Below, in pieces: positions 31,345 to 32,000 of a stretch of DNA of 32,000 nt. Positions within the stretch are counted from its first letter, which is position 1. The number at the start of each line of letters is the position of its first letter. The notes beneath the pieces are model-generated. The model made no database searches. It was not told where the DNA came from and worked only from the letters and a program-made list of their open reading frames with translations. Position numbers and translations under genes: made by a program. Source of the stretch: Kiritimatiella glycovorans (GTDB lineage Bacteria; Verrucomicrobiota; Kiritimatiellia; Kiritimatiellales; Kiritimatiellaceae); the NCBI RefSeq assembly GCF_001017655.1, contig NZ_CP010904.1, positions 2,700,001 through 2,732,000 of the forward strand. The letters are read 5' to 3'.

Positions 31345-32000
31345 TCAGAAGGACCAGATCACCGGTGCGAGGCCGACGCTGATGACGCCGAACAGCACAT
31401 TGAGCGCGAACCCGACCCGGAAGTAATCCGTAAAGCGGTAGCCCCCCGGCCCGTAGACCATCAGGTTGGTCTGGTAGCCGACCGGCGTGGCGAAACTTGC
31501 CGAGGCGGCCACGGCCACGCACATCACGAAGGGCAGCGGGCTGACGCCCAGGTTGCCGGCCATGGTCACCGCGACCGGAAAGATCAGCGCGGCCGCGGCG
31601 TTGTTCGTGATCAGCTCGGTGAACAGCGAGGTCGCCACGTAAACCCCCGCCAGCGCCAGCCACGGGTGGTTCCCCGCCGCGGCCAGCAGGCCTTCCGCGA
31701 TCCATCCGGCGGCTCCGGTTTGGTCGAGCGCGCGCCCCATCGCCAGCGCCGAGGCGATCACCAGCAGCACACTCCACTCGATGTTCGTGCGCGCCCGGCC
31801 CGGCGAGCAGCACCCGGTCAGCAGCATCAGCGCCGCGGCCAGCATCGCCGCCTGGAGCATGCTCAGCCAGCCGAACGCCGCGGCGGCCACCATGCCGGCA
31901 AAAATCAATCCGGCCGCGGGCGCGCGCGAAAACCGCACGGGCCGGGAGTCCTCGACTTCGCTGACGAGGTAGAAATCGCGCGAATCGCGCTGCCGCGGCG
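31345..32000 (-). CDS. SLC13/DASS-family anion permease, C-terminal part (gene continues beyond the window); candidate sulfate transporter
   Basis: ORF 31345..31938 starts at a GTG, but the frame stays open to 32000 (...DFYLVSEVEDSRPVRFSRAPAAGL...). The product is hydrophobic, with 'ELITNNAAAALIFPV' and 'ASFATPVGYQTNLMVYGPGGY', typical of the second transport-domain repeat of SLC13 permeases. Confidence 0.75.
   Translation of the reverse strand, partial: PRQRDSRDFYLVSEVEDSRPVRFSRAPAAGLIFAGMVAAAAFGWLSMLQAAMLAAALMLLTGCCSPGRARTNIEWSVLLVIASALAMGRALDQTGAAGWIAEGLLAAAGNHPWLALAGVYVATSLFTELITNNAAAALIFPVAVTMAGNLGVSPLPFVMCVAVAASASFATPVGYQTNLMVYGPGGYRFTDYFRVGFALNVLFGVISVGLAPVIWSF

Overview
High-GC (roughly 60%) bacterial chromosome segment, almost entirely coding on the minus strand. 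I cannot assign a taxon from the sequence alone. The window is one large Wzx/Wzy-type polysaccharide biosynthesis locus that looks built to make a sulfated, uronic-acid-containing polymer. It holds three sulfotransferases, four GT-B glycosyltransferases, a Wzx flippase and a Wzy-like polymerase. It also holds an AsnB-type amidotransferase, a CapK/PaaK-type adenylating enzyme, a cytoplasmic heparinase II/III-like protein and a bi-domain oxidoreductase. A SAM methyltransferase is interrupted by an in-frame stop. UDP-HexNAc(A) precursor genes are present (WecB 2-epimerase, WbpP/TviC-like epimerase, TviB/WbpO-like dehydrogenase). A dedicated PAPS supply sits at the right end: a fused ATP sulfurylase/APS kinase next to an SLC13-type anion permease. 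Between the precursor genes lies a 6.7 kb mobile/accessory islet. It contains an orphan AAA+ (DUF4143-type) ATPase, a complete group II intron, an IS110-family transposase with a long non-coding flank, a PIN/VapBC-type pair and an HEPN/MNT (HI0074/HI0073-type) pair. The most unusual sequence-level signal is a modular intergenic repeat family with at least six copies between 18.7 and 27.9 kb. Its conserved terminus is three tandem 9-bp iterons (ATCCGTGNN x3). Copies abut or overlap stop and start codons, bracket the toxin-antitoxin modules in inverted orientation, and in one case form a 234-bp palindromic element upstream of an 8-gene operon. All functional calls are from hand-recognised motifs; no database search was run.
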